Shown: positions 22,703 through 31,700 of the stretch, in pieces
How positions within the stretch are numbered: position 1 is the stretch's first letter
Layout: each line of letters starts with the position of its first letter
Assembly (NCBI GenBank): GCA_963747275.1
Contig: CAVVEI010000012.1
Location: 86,388-150,387 of the forward strand
DNA: 64,000 nt
DNA from: an uncultured Actinomycetes bacterium
Lineage (GTDB): Bacteria > Actinomycetota > Thermoleophilia > RBG-16-64-13
Reading direction: 5' to 3'
Notes under the pieces: generated by a model
Seen by the model: the letters and a program-made list of their open reading frames with translations, nothing else
What the model was told of the DNA's origin: nothing
Databases searched by the model: none
Program-made: the position numbers and the translations under genes

Positions 22703-23258
22703 ATGCGCTGCCCCTACTGCAGCAAAGAGAACGACGAAGCTGCGGAGTACTGCCTCTCCTGCGGCAAGGAGTTGCCGCAGGACGAGGCAGTGGCGCGGCC
22801 CCGAGGCTGATTCGAACCACGCGAGACCCTCTGACGTGGCCGCGGCCTCAGCACAGTGGGACCCGGCACGCCGCGCCGACAAGCCACGAGCTATGTCTCA
22901 GTTCGTGCCGCCTGCTAACTACACCCCGCACCTCAGCTGGATACTCACCGTTCTCATCGTGGGCACTCCGGCGACGATCATCCACGCCATACTCTTCTAC
23001 CGGCGAGTGCTCTACACCGAGAACATGGGGCTCATCGTGGCCATACTCACGATCTGCTGCCTGCCCATCGGCATCCTTGCGCTGCTCTTCACCTCGCGGG
23101 TGCGCGCGCAGCACACCCTGGGCAATGACGCCCGGGCCTACCGCTACTCGCGCTTCGCAGGGCTGTGTGCTTGGAGCTCCATGCTCATAGCGTTGGCCCT
23201 CTACGTGGTGCTCTTCATGCGGCTGATGTACAACGTAGGGCAGTTCTGGGGCTACTAG
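22703..23258 (+). CDS. Zinc-ribbon plus CD225/dispanin-like membrane protein (one frameshift)
   Basis: MRCPYCSKENDEAAEYCLSCG from ATG 22703; in another frame AILTICCLPIGILALLFTSRV..A..YSR.A. Confidence 0.72.
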
Positions 23259-23259
23259 C

Positions 23260-23742
23260 GTGTACTGCCCACGATGCGGCGACACCAACGCAGACTTCGA
23301 CAGGTTCTGCAGCTCCTGTGGACAGGACCTGGCCACGTACCGCCAGCTGTGGCAGAGAGCGACCCCGCAGGTGACCACCGCGCCCCCCGCGGAACAGGCG
23401 CCGATGTACCTACCGCCCGTTGCACAGCTGACGGTGGCACCGCTTGCGCAGCAAACCCTCGCGACCGAGCCGCCCACTTCGCCGGAGGTCGCGCAGACCG
23501 AGACGCCGCGGGTGCCCAGCTACCTGGGCTGGGCTGCCGCGCTGACCGCGCTGTGCTGGCCGGCTTTCCCGGCAGGGGTGACGGCATTGGTCTACGCCGG
23601 CCGCGCCGAAGCCCTGGCCGCCGCCGGTGATTCACTAGGCGCGCGGGCGTCCTCTGCCAGAGCCAAGACCTGGTGCTGGGTGACATTCTGGGCGGGCGCG
23701 ACGCTCTGGCTGATCGCGCTGACTCTGATCGTCACGCTCTAG
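23260..23742 (+). CDS. Zinc-ribbon plus CD225/dispanin-like membrane protein
   Basis: CPRCG..CSSCG; VPSYLGWA..LCWP.FPAGVTALVYA..GD..GA..SS.RAKTW. Confidence 0.82.
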   Translation: MYCPRCGDTNADFDRFCSSCGQDLATYRQLWQRATPQVTTAPPAEQAPMYLPPVAQLTVAPLAQQTLATEPPTSPEVAQTETPRVPSYLGWAAALTALCWPAFPAGVTALVYAGRAEALAAAGDSLGARASSARAKTWCWVTFWAGATLWLIALTLIVTL

Positions 23743-23840
23743 GTCGCCCGGGGCGGGGCTCACGTCCGCAGCCGCAGACGTGGCCGCCTCACTCGGCTAA
23801 GGCTATACTCGACGCCGTTCCCGACGCAGTTCGGGCCCGC

Positions 23841-23927
23841 GGAGGGGTGGCGGAGTCTGGTCGATCGCACCGGTCTTGAAAACCGGCAGGCCGCAAGGTC
23901 TCAAGGGTTCGAATCCCTTCCCCTCCG
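23841..23927 (+). tRNA. tRNA-Ser(TGA)
   Basis: GGAGGGG/CCCCTCC acceptor, CCGGT-CTTGAAA-ACCGG anticodon arm, long variable arm, GGTTCGAATCC; TATACT upstream. Confidence 0.95.
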
Positions 23928-24065
23928 CCTTCGAAAGAGTCTTCCCCACCAATGTGCGCATGATATGAATGTTGTCGGCCGCCCCAAGCGGAGGCTTTTG
24001 GGGTCGCCTACCATGAAACCAGGTCAGGATGATCATTCTCGACTGCGCGACCGATAGGAGGGGAC

Positions 24066-24179
24066 ATGCCCAAGGTCTGTTTTGTCGATGAGTGGCGGGC
24101 GGACTTGAAGGTAGCCAAGGTCGATGAGTGGCGGGCGGACAAGAAGGTCGCCATAGTTGACGAATGGCGGGCCGACTGA
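24066..24179 (+). CDS. 37-aa repeat microprotein, (KVxxVDEWRADx)x3
   Basis: TAGGAGGGG RBS, ATG at 24066, TGA at 24177-24179. Translation MPKVCFVDEWRADLKVAKVDEWRADKKVAIVDEWRAD. DEWRAD codons differ synonymously between copies. Confidence 0.75.
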   Translation: MPKVCFVDEWRADLKVAKVDEWRADKKVAIVDEWRAD

Positions 24180-24376
24180 GTCAGAGGCCCTGGGGTCTTG
24201 TCGCAAGGATAGTTGGGGTGGTCGCATCTCTTAGGTGGGCAGACAATCGAAGCTGACGCTTTCGGCGGGACGGGTCGCGCGACGTTGCCGAGACCGTACG
24301 TCGACAATGCATATGCGATACTGCCCGTCGACTGGCGTAGACCACTCGAACTCACGAACTCGACCGGGGGGAAATC

Positions 24377-26338
24377 ATGAGAGCCGCGCAGACCCAAACG
24401 GCGACCAAACACACCACGAAGGCGCGCGCCTGCTTCATAGCGTTGATCGTCTTCGCTCTGGCGCTCTGCGGCGCCGCCGCTCTGCCAGGGAACGTGCTGG
24501 CCGAAAATGCTCTGGCGACTCAGAAATGGTATGTCCGAGCCTTCAACGTCGATGACAACGCGAAGATCTACGTCAACGGCAACCAGGTCGCCTCAGTCGG
24601 CTATCGAGGGGATTCGGGCTGGAAAGACATAACCAGCCAAGTGACAAGCGGAGGCCTCAACACCAAGCTCCAATTCGTCACCTACAACAGCGGCGGCGGC
24701 TATACATGGGGCTATCAGATCGCAGTCGATAACCCGGCGGGGGCACGCACCATTCTGTGGTCGCAGGTGGCCGGAGTAGTGGGTTCAGCCGGAGCCAACA
24801 ACAACGACAAGAGCAAGACCAACACAACCGTCTTCGACCAGACTGTCGCCCTATACCAGGTCTACGGCAATCATCCACGGCTCCCGATCGACGGTTCAGC
24901 TGGCTCGGGCTGGTTTGGCCTGACCTACCCTGGACATGAGCAGTACGGGCAGTACCAGTACCGCGCCTTGGACTTCAACTGCAACACGCCCGCTTGGGAC
25001 ACCGACCGCGGTAAGACTGTGTATGCGATCCAAGACGGATACGTCACCTTAGGCACCAACAACATCACGATCAAACACAGCCAGCCACTGCTCCTGAAGA
25101 ACGGGGCCACCATAGGCAGTTGGTACTCGATGTATGGTCACATTGCACCGAAGAGCGGGCTCGGCAACAACACGTTCGTGACCAAAGGCACGCCGCTTGG
25201 CACTATCTCCAATCGAGGCGCAGACAACTACCATCTTCACTTCGTGATCTTCCAAAGCTGGAGCACTAGCGACAGGTCGGCTGCAATCTCTCCCTACTGG
25301 CTGCCTGGTGTCTACTCGGAAGATATGAACCTCTACGCAGATGACTCGAAACGCCCCACGCCGACCAGGGTGCCTGCGGGGCTGTACGAAGACAGAATAT
25401 TCTTGTCGGCACCCGGAGGGACTGTGGGCCCGAGCCCGACCCCGCCTGCACCCACGCCCACGCCTCCGGTCCCGACCCCGACTCCGACGCCCCCCCCGCC
25501 CTCGGGCAGGCAGACGGTGCTGGTCGATGACAGCGCGGCGACCTACTATGGCCCGGCAACGGGTTGGCGAATCTCCAAAGTAGGGTGGAACGGCTCCATG
25601 CACTGGACTTGGAGCTCCACCAGCACTCTGGAGAACTACGCCATCTGGCGCCCGACCCTGGGGGTCGGGGGTTATGAGGTGTTCGCCCACATTCCCTCTG
25701 CCAACGCGGGATCCACATCCGCCACCTACGAGATCTACACCGGTACAACTACTGCCACGAAGTCGATCAACCAGGAACCGTACTCGAACGTTTGGGTCTC
25801 GTTGGGTAAGTACACCTTTGCAGCCGGCACCAAGGCCTATGTGAAGCTTGCGGATGTTACGGGTGAGAAGTCCGCGAAGATGCTCGGGTTCGACGCCATC
25901 AAGTTCGTTCCTTACGAGACTGCAAGCGCCCCAGCCCCGGCCCCCGCCAAGCCCGCTCCGGCTCCGGCTCCGGCTCCGGTTACAACCGTAGTAGCTGTCC
26001 AGGACACCTTGAACGCTAACGTCAGACTCACCCGAAACCAGAGTCTGTACTCGGCGGACAGGCGCTACCGTTTCGTCCTGCAAGACGACGGCAACTTGGT
26101 GTTGTATGGGCCCTCTGGAAGAGCCCTGTGGGCCAACGGCAAATTCGATACCGCGTACGCAGTCATGCAGTCGGACGGCAACTTGGTCTGCTATAGAAGC
26201 AACAACACCGCCAATTGGGCCTCGAACACCTGCGGCTCAGGAGGCATCAGGTTGGTCGTGCAGACCGACGGCAACGTGGTCGTCTACACGTCAGCCGGCA
26301 GGGCGGTATGGGCTACCAACACATGCGGTAAGCAGTAG
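24377..26338 (+). CDS. Secreted modular protein: beta-sandwich, M23-like peptidase, golvesin-like domain, bulb-type mannose-binding lectin
   Basis: Signal peptide; VDDNAKIYVNG; ALDFN..YGHI..HLHF; PT linker; YEVFAHIP..WVSLGKYTF..FDAIKF; PA linker; three QxDGNxVxY motifs. Confidence 0.78.
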   Translation: MRAAQTQTATKHTTKARACFIALIVFALALCGAAALPGNVLAENALATQKWYVRAFNVDDNAKIYVNGNQVASVGYRGDSGWKDITSQVTSGGLNTKLQFVTYNSGGGYTWGYQIAVDNPAGARTILWSQVAGVVGSAGANNNDKSKTNTTVFDQTVALYQVYGNHPRLPIDGSAGSGWFGLTYPGHEQYGQYQYRALDFNCNTPAWDTDRGKTVYAIQDGYVTLGTNNITIKHSQPLLLKNGATIGSWYSMYGHIAPKSGLGNNTFVTKGTPLGTISNRGADNYHLHFVIFQSWSTSDRSAAISPYWLPGVYSEDMNLYADDSKRPTPTRVPAGLYEDRIFLSAPGGTVGPSPTPPAPTPTPPVPTPTPTPPPPSGRQTVLVDDSAATYYGPATGWRISKVGWNGSMHWTWSSTSTLENYAIWRPTLGVGGYEVFAHIPSANAGSTSATYEIYTGTTTATKSINQEPYSNVWVSLGKYTFAAGTKAYVKLADVTGEKSAKMLGFDAIKFVPYETASAPAPAPAKPAPAPAPAPVTTVVAVQDTLNANVRLTRNQSLYSADRRYRFVLQDDGNLVLYGPSGRALWANGKFDTAYAVMQSDGNLVCYRSNNTANWASNTCGSGGIRLVVQTDGNVVVYTSAGRAVWATNTCGKQ

Positions 26339-26407
26339 GACCCACGCTGGAAGATCCTCAGTAGCGAGGCAAGCCTAAAACGTGGATCGGCCTGACTGAA
26401 ATCTGTC

Positions 26408-26444
26408 GCGGTGGAGGGACTGAGTTCGTCAGTCCCTCCACCGC
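26408..26444. terminator. Perfect 16-bp hairpin between the secreted protein gene and hsdM
   Basis: GCGGTGGAGGGACTGA-GTTCG-TCAGTCCCTCCACCGC; weak U-tail. Confidence 0.55.
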
Positions 26445-26585
26445 CTATTGTTAGGGTACTTGTAAGCCGAGGGCGCCCGATGCAATCCCCCCGTCTATCC
26501 GCCCAAGGTTGTAGTATGGAGCGCGGGCCGGGCTTCGCCAGGCCCGCCTCAATCGACGGTCGCACGAGCGTGTAGGGGGATCCCT

Positions 26586-28142
26586 TTGGCCAAGTCGGCA
26601 GGTGCCGGTCGCAACGGCAACGGCAACGGCTCTGCCTTTCAGCAGGCCTTCAAGAACATCGACGACGTCCTCTGGAAAGAGGCGGGCTGCAGCAACGAAC
26701 TCGACTACACCGAGCAGACGTCCTGGCTGCTGTTTCTCAAGTACCTCGATAGCCAGGAGCAGGACCGCGCCACGGTCGCGCAGCTCCGTGGCCGCACCCA
26801 TGATTTCATCCTGGACGAGCCCTATCGCTGGGAGAGCTGGGCCGCGCCTCGCGTCGTCAGCGCCGCCCCGGCCGCCCCGGGCGCCGCCCCCGGCGCCCCG
26901 CCCCCCGGCGCCCCCGCCCCCATCGACCACAACCGGGCCCTCACCGGTGACGATCTGCGTGACTTCGTCGACCAGAAGCTCTTCCCCTACCTGCAGGGGT
27001 TCAAGCAGCGGGCCACCGGGCCCAACACCGTGGAGTACAAGATCGGCGCGATCTTTGGCGAGATTGCCAACAAGATCCGCAGCGGATACAACCTGCGCGA
27101 GGTCATAGATCAGGTGGACCAGCTCCGCTTCCGCTCCCAGACCGAGAAGCACGAGCTCTCGCATCTGTACGAGGACAAGATCAGGCGCATGGGCAACGCC
27201 GGCCGCAACGGTGGCGAGTACTACACCCCGCGTCCGCTGATACGCGCCATAGTCAAAGTCGTGGACCCCGTGGTGGGCGAGCGCGTCTACGACGGGGCCT
27301 GCGGGTCCGCCGGCTTCCTCTGCGAGTCGTACCTGCACATGATGGCCGACGACGACCTCACCACCGACGAGCTCACCACTCTGCAGGAGCGCACCTTCTA
27401 CGGCAAAGAGAAGAAGTCGCTGGCCTACGTCATCGCGATCATGAACATGATCCTGCACGGCATCGAAGCGCCCAACATCATGCACACCAACACCCTGACC
27501 GAGAACCTGGCCGATGTGCAAGAGAAGGACCGCTTCGACGTCGTGCTCGCCAACCCGCCCTTCGGCGGCAAGGAGCGCAAGGAGGTGCAGCAGAACTTTC
27601 CCATCCGCACCGGCGAGACGGCCTTTCTGTTTCTGCAGCACTTCATCAAGATGCTCAAGGCCGGGGGCCGCGCGGGCGTGGTGATTAAGAACACCTTTCT
27701 CAGCAACACCGACAACGCCTCGGTGAGCTTGCGCCGCATGCTCCTGGAGAGCTGCAACCTGCACACCGTGCTGGACATGCCCAGCGGCACCTTTCACGGC
27801 GCGGGCGTGAAGACCGTGGTGCTCTTCTTCGAGAAGGGCGCGCCCACGCGCAACATCTGGTACTACCAGCTGGACCCCGGACGCAACCTGGGCAAGACCA
27901 ACCCGCTTAACGACGACGACCTGGCCGAGTTCGTCCAGATGCAGAAGTCCAGGGCCGATTCGCCCAAATCCTGGACTGTTGATGCGGCGAGCGTGGACCA
28001 GACCTCCTGTGACCTATCGGTCAAGAACCCCAACGGCGGCGAGGAAGTGGCCCACCGCAGCCCGCAGGAGATCCTGGATGAGATAGCTGCGCTGGATGCG
28101 GAGAGTGCTGAGATCATGGAGAAGATTAGGGCGTTGTTGTGA
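26586..28142 (+). CDS. hsdM: Type I R-M methyltransferase subunit
   Basis: GEYYTPR, YDGACGSAGFL, NPPF motif IV (amino-MTase). Confidence 0.95.
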   Translation: MAKSAGAGRNGNGNGSAFQQAFKNIDDVLWKEAGCSNELDYTEQTSWLLFLKYLDSQEQDRATVAQLRGRTHDFILDEPYRWESWAAPRVVSAAPAAPGAAPGAPPPGAPAPIDHNRALTGDDLRDFVDQKLFPYLQGFKQRATGPNTVEYKIGAIFGEIANKIRSGYNLREVIDQVDQLRFRSQTEKHELSHLYEDKIRRMGNAGRNGGEYYTPRPLIRAIVKVVDPVVGERVYDGACGSAGFLCESYLHMMADDDLTTDELTTLQERTFYGKEKKSLAYVIAIMNMILHGIEAPNIMHTNTLTENLADVQEKDRFDVVLANPPFGGKERKEVQQNFPIRTGETAFLFLQHFIKMLKAGGRAGVVIKNTFLSNTDNASVSLRRMLLESCNLHTVLDMPSGTFHGAGVKTVVLFFEKGAPTRNIWYYQLDPGRNLGKTNPLNDDDLAEFVQMQKSRADSPKSWTVDAASVDQTSCDLSVKNPNGGEEVAHRSPQEILDEIAALDAESAEIMEKIRALL

Positions 28143-29242
28143 CGGTGACGTGGTCAACGATGGCTCTAGGGGAACTGCTTCGGCTTGAGTACGGCAAGCC
28201 GCTTCCCGAAGTGGACCGAAAGCCCGATGGACTGTATCCAGTGTACGGTGCAAACGGCGAGAAGGGTCGCAGTGACAAGTACTACTTCGACAGGCCCAGC
28301 ATCATCGTTGGACGCAAGGGTTCGGCGGGCGAGGTCAACCTGGCGGAGCCGAAGTTCTGGCCCTTGGACGTCACGTACTTCGTGACGTTCGATGAGGACA
28401 AATACGACCTGCGGTTTCTCTATTATCTTCTTGCGAAGCTTGATCTGCCGGGCCTTGCTAAGGGTGTGAAGCCCGGCATCAATCGCGGTGAGGTCTACTC
28501 TCAAGTGGTGAACGTTCCACCCTTCCTTGAGCAGCAGCGAATCGTCGGCATCCTCGACGACGCGTTTGAGGAGGTAGATGCTGCGAAGGCTAAGGTCAAG
28601 TCGAGCCTGCAGAAGGCCCGTGGAGTGTTTGAAAGCTATCTGGGCATCAAGCTTGCGGCGCTCGGGGAGCAGAACCAAGTGGAGACGCTGGCGAGCCTTG
28701 TTGGCTCAGGCGCTGTTCAACTGACCCGGGGGAAGGTGATATCGAAACGAGACATGGCCGCATTCCCCGGAGGTTTCCCCGTCTACTCGTCGGCAAAGGA
28801 AAATGAAGGCAAGTTCGGGGCATATGGGCACTACATGTTCGACGAGGAACTGATTACGTGGTCTGTTGACGGCGGTGGCAGGCTATTCCACAGGCCCAAG
28901 CACAAATTCTCTGTGACAAACGTTGGCGGCATCTTGCGGATTCGTAGGCAGGAGGTGCTGTCCTATGAGTATCTCTATCGCGTCTTGTCGTATCTACACT
29001 CGCAAATCAGGTTTGACTGGGTCAGAAAGGCCCATCCGAGCGTGATCCTGAAGCTCTACAATGACATCCCTTTACCGCCCCTGGATACGCAGAAACAGGT
29101 AGTGGAGTCCCTGCAGCAACTCGATCGCGAAGTGCAGCGCCTAGAATCCATCTACCAGCGTAAGCTGGCCGCTCTGGACGCTCTGAAGCAGTCCCTCCTC
29201 CACCAGGCCTTCACCGGCCAACTGGGGTCCGAGACACCATGA
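28139..29242 (+). CDS. hsdS: Type I R-M specificity subunit
   Basis: Two TRDs with conserved VPPFLEQQRIV and LPPLDTQKQVV regions; C-terminal LKQSLLHQAFTGQL; overlaps hsdM and hsdR. Confidence 0.93.
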   Translation: MTVTWSTMALGELLRLEYGKPLPEVDRKPDGLYPVYGANGEKGRSDKYYFDRPSIIVGRKGSAGEVNLAEPKFWPLDVTYFVTFDEDKYDLRFLYYLLAKLDLPGLAKGVKPGINRGEVYSQVVNVPPFLEQQRIVGILDDAFEEVDAAKAKVKSSLQKARGVFESYLGIKLAALGEQNQVETLASLVGSGAVQLTRGKVISKRDMAAFPGGFPVYSSAKENEGKFGAYGHYMFDEELITWSVDGGGRLFHRPKHKFSVTNVGGILRIRRQEVLSYEYLYRVLSYLHSQIRFDWVRKAHPSVILKLYNDIPLPPLDTQKQVVESLQQLDREVQRLESIYQRKLAALDALKQSLLHQAFTGQLGSETP

Positions 29243-31626
29243 ACGAGGCCGAGACCCGAGCCGAGCACATCGACCCCGCGCTCAAGGCTGCAGGTTGGGG
29301 TGCGGTCGAGGGCAGCCGCGTGCGTCGGGAGTATCAGATCACCCTCGGGCGGCTCGAAGGGCAGGGGCGGCGCAGCCAGCCGCTCAAGGCCGACTACATC
29401 CTCGAGCATCACAACACCAAGCTGGCCGTGGTGGAGGCCAAGCCCTGGGATGCTCCTCTCACCGAGGGCGTAGGCCAGGCCAAGGAGTACGCGGGCAAGC
29501 TGGGCCTCCGTTTCGCTTACTCCACCAACGGCCGGGGCGTCTGGGGCATCGACATGGGCACCGGGGCCGAGGGCGAGGTCGCCAAATACCCCTCGCCCGA
29601 TGAACTCTGGGCACTCACCTTCGCCGAGGCCAACGCTTGGCGCAATCGCTTCGCCGACGTGCCCTTCGAGGACAAGGGCGGCTACTACGATGGCCGGTAC
29701 TACCAGGACCTCGCCGCCGAGAAGACCCTCGCGGCCATCGCCGCCGGCGACAAGCGCATACTGCTCACCCTGGCCACCGGCACGGGCAAGACCTTCATCG
29801 CCTTCCAGATCGCCTGGAAGCTGTTCAAGAGCCGCTGGAACCTCTCCGGCGAGCCCACCCGCCAGCCGCGCATACTGTTCTTGGCCGACCGCAACCTGTT
29901 GGCCGACCAGGCCTTCAACGCCTTCTCGCCCTTCCCCGAGGACGCCCTGACGCGCATCACCCCGGCGGATATCCGCAAGCACGGCAAGGTGCCCAAGAAC
30001 GCCAGCCTGTTCTTCACCATCTTTCAGACCTTCATGAGCGGGCCGGTGGTGGACGGCCGGCCCTCGCCCTACTTCGGCGACTATCCGCCCGACTTCTTTG
30101 ACTTCATAGTCATCGACGAGTGCCATCGCGGCGGCGCCAACGACGAGGGCAACTGGCGCGGCATCATGGAGTACTTCTCGCCCGCCGTGCAGCTGGGCCT
30201 CACCGCTACGCCCCGGCGCCAGGAGAACGCCGACACCTACCTCTACTTCGGCGAGCCCGTCTACACCTACTCGCTCAAAGAGGGCATCAACGACGGCTTT
30301 CTCACCCCCTTCAGGGTGAAGCAGTTCGACACCACCATAGATGAGTACGTCTATACCTCCGACGACACCGTGGTGGAGGGTGAGATCGAGACCGGCAAGG
30401 TCTACCGCGAGCCCGACTTCAACGTGACCATCGAGATCAAGGAGCGCGAAGCCTACCGGGTGAAGCTCTTCATGGAGGCCATCGACCAGAGGGAGAAGAC
30501 CCTGGTCTTCTGCGCCACCCAGGCCCACGCGCTGCTGGTGCGCGACCTGGTCAATCAGATGAAGACCAGCAGAGACCCCAACTACTGCCACCGCGTGACT
30601 GCCGACGACGGCGAGCTGGGCGAGCAGCACCTGCGCGACTTCCAGGACAACGAGAAGACCATCCCGACGATCCTCACCACCTCGCAGAAGCTCTCGACGG
30701 GCGTGGACGCGCGCAACATCCGCAACATAGTGCTGCTGCGCCCCATCAACTCCATGATCGAGTTCAAGCAGATCATGGGCCGCGGCACCCGCCTCTACGA
30801 GGGCAAGGACTACTTCACCGTCTACGACTTCGTAGAAGCGCACCACCACTTCGCCGACCCCGACTGGGACGGCCCGCCGCAGGCGCCCGACGCCTGCACC
30901 AAGTGCGGCCAGTACCCTTGCGTGTGCCCCAAGCCGCCACTGCCCGTATGCCCCGAGTGCGGCCAGACCCCGTGCGTCTGTCCGTGCCCGAAATGCCGCC
31001 AACGCCCGTGCATCTGCGAGAGGCCGAAGCCGATAAAGACCCAGGTCAAGCTGGCAGACGGCAAAGCGCGCACCTTCCAGCACATGATGGTGACCAGCTT
31101 CTGGCATGTGGACGGCACCCCTGTGACCGCGCAGCAATTCCTCGAGACCCTCTTCGGCAAGCTCCCCGAGTTCTTCAAGGACGAGGCCGAACTCCGCCGC
31201 CTCTGGAGCGCCCCCGACACCCGCCGCAAGCTGCTGGACGGTCTGGCCGAGAAGGGCTTCGCCCACGACCAGTTGGCCGAGATGCAGCGCATCATAGACG
31301 CTGAGAAGTGCGACCTCTTCGACGTGCTGGCCTACGTGGCCTACGCGTGTCCGACGCTGACGCGCGAGGAACGGGCCGAGGGAGCCAAGGTGGTAATCAG
31401 CACCCACTTCAACACGAAGCAGCGTGTGTTCCTGGACTTCGTGCTCTCGCACTACGTGAACGAGGGCGTGGAGGAGCTAGACCAAGACAAGCTCGAGCCA
31501 CTCCTGAGGCTGAGGTACCACGACTCGCTGGCGGACGCCGTCGAGGACCTCGGCAAGCCTGAAGATATTGGGCGGGCGTTCAGTGGGTTTCAGAAGTATT
31601 TGTATGTGCGGGCCGCTGTGGCGTAG
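29239..31626 (+). CDS. hsdR: Type I R-M restriction subunit (EcoAI/EcoEI-like)
   Basis: NEAETRAEHIDPAL, ADYIL..VVEAK nuclease motif, ATGTGKT, DECHRG, LTATP, QIMGRGTR. Confidence 0.95.
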   Translation: MNEAETRAEHIDPALKAAGWGAVEGSRVRREYQITLGRLEGQGRRSQPLKADYILEHHNTKLAVVEAKPWDAPLTEGVGQAKEYAGKLGLRFAYSTNGRGVWGIDMGTGAEGEVAKYPSPDELWALTFAEANAWRNRFADVPFEDKGGYYDGRYYQDLAAEKTLAAIAAGDKRILLTLATGTGKTFIAFQIAWKLFKSRWNLSGEPTRQPRILFLADRNLLADQAFNAFSPFPEDALTRITPADIRKHGKVPKNASLFFTIFQTFMSGPVVDGRPSPYFGDYPPDFFDFIVIDECHRGGANDEGNWRGIMEYFSPAVQLGLTATPRRQENADTYLYFGEPVYTYSLKEGINDGFLTPFRVKQFDTTIDEYVYTSDDTVVEGEIETGKVYREPDFNVTIEIKEREAYRVKLFMEAIDQREKTLVFCATQAHALLVRDLVNQMKTSRDPNYCHRVTADDGELGEQHLRDFQDNEKTIPTILTTSQKLSTGVDARNIRNIVLLRPINSMIEFKQIMGRGTRLYEGKDYFTVYDFVEAHHHFADPDWDGPPQAPDACTKCGQYPCVCPKPPLPVCPECGQTPCVCPCPKCRQRPCICERPKPIKTQVKLADGKARTFQHMMVTSFWHVDGTPVTAQQFLETLFGKLPEFFKDEAELRRLWSAPDTRRKLLDGLAEKGFAHDQLAEMQRIIDAEKCDLFDVLAYVAYACPTLTREERAEGAKVVISTHFNTKQRVFLDFVLSHYVNEGVEELDQDKLEPLLRLRYHDSLADAVEDLGKPEDIGRAFSGFQKYLYVRAAVA

Positions 31627-31700
31627 AAAGTGCGATGGAGAAGCGCGAAGCGAGCCCATGCACTAGTATAGGTCCGAAACGAGGAAGAGAGGATGAGACT

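Noticed and set aside
24011-24035. AACCAGGTCAGG resembling the SRP RNA core
   Set aside because: The following CCGGAAGG-AGCAGC helix is absent.
24066-24179. 36-nt periodic repeat as a mini-CRISPR
   Set aside because: Period too short, variation is synonymous within an ORF with an RBS, and no cas genes are in the window.
29152-31452. Long antisense ORFs (also 6261-7937, 26451-27797)
   Set aside because: Shadow ORFs expected opposite high-GC3 genes; no recognisable motifs.
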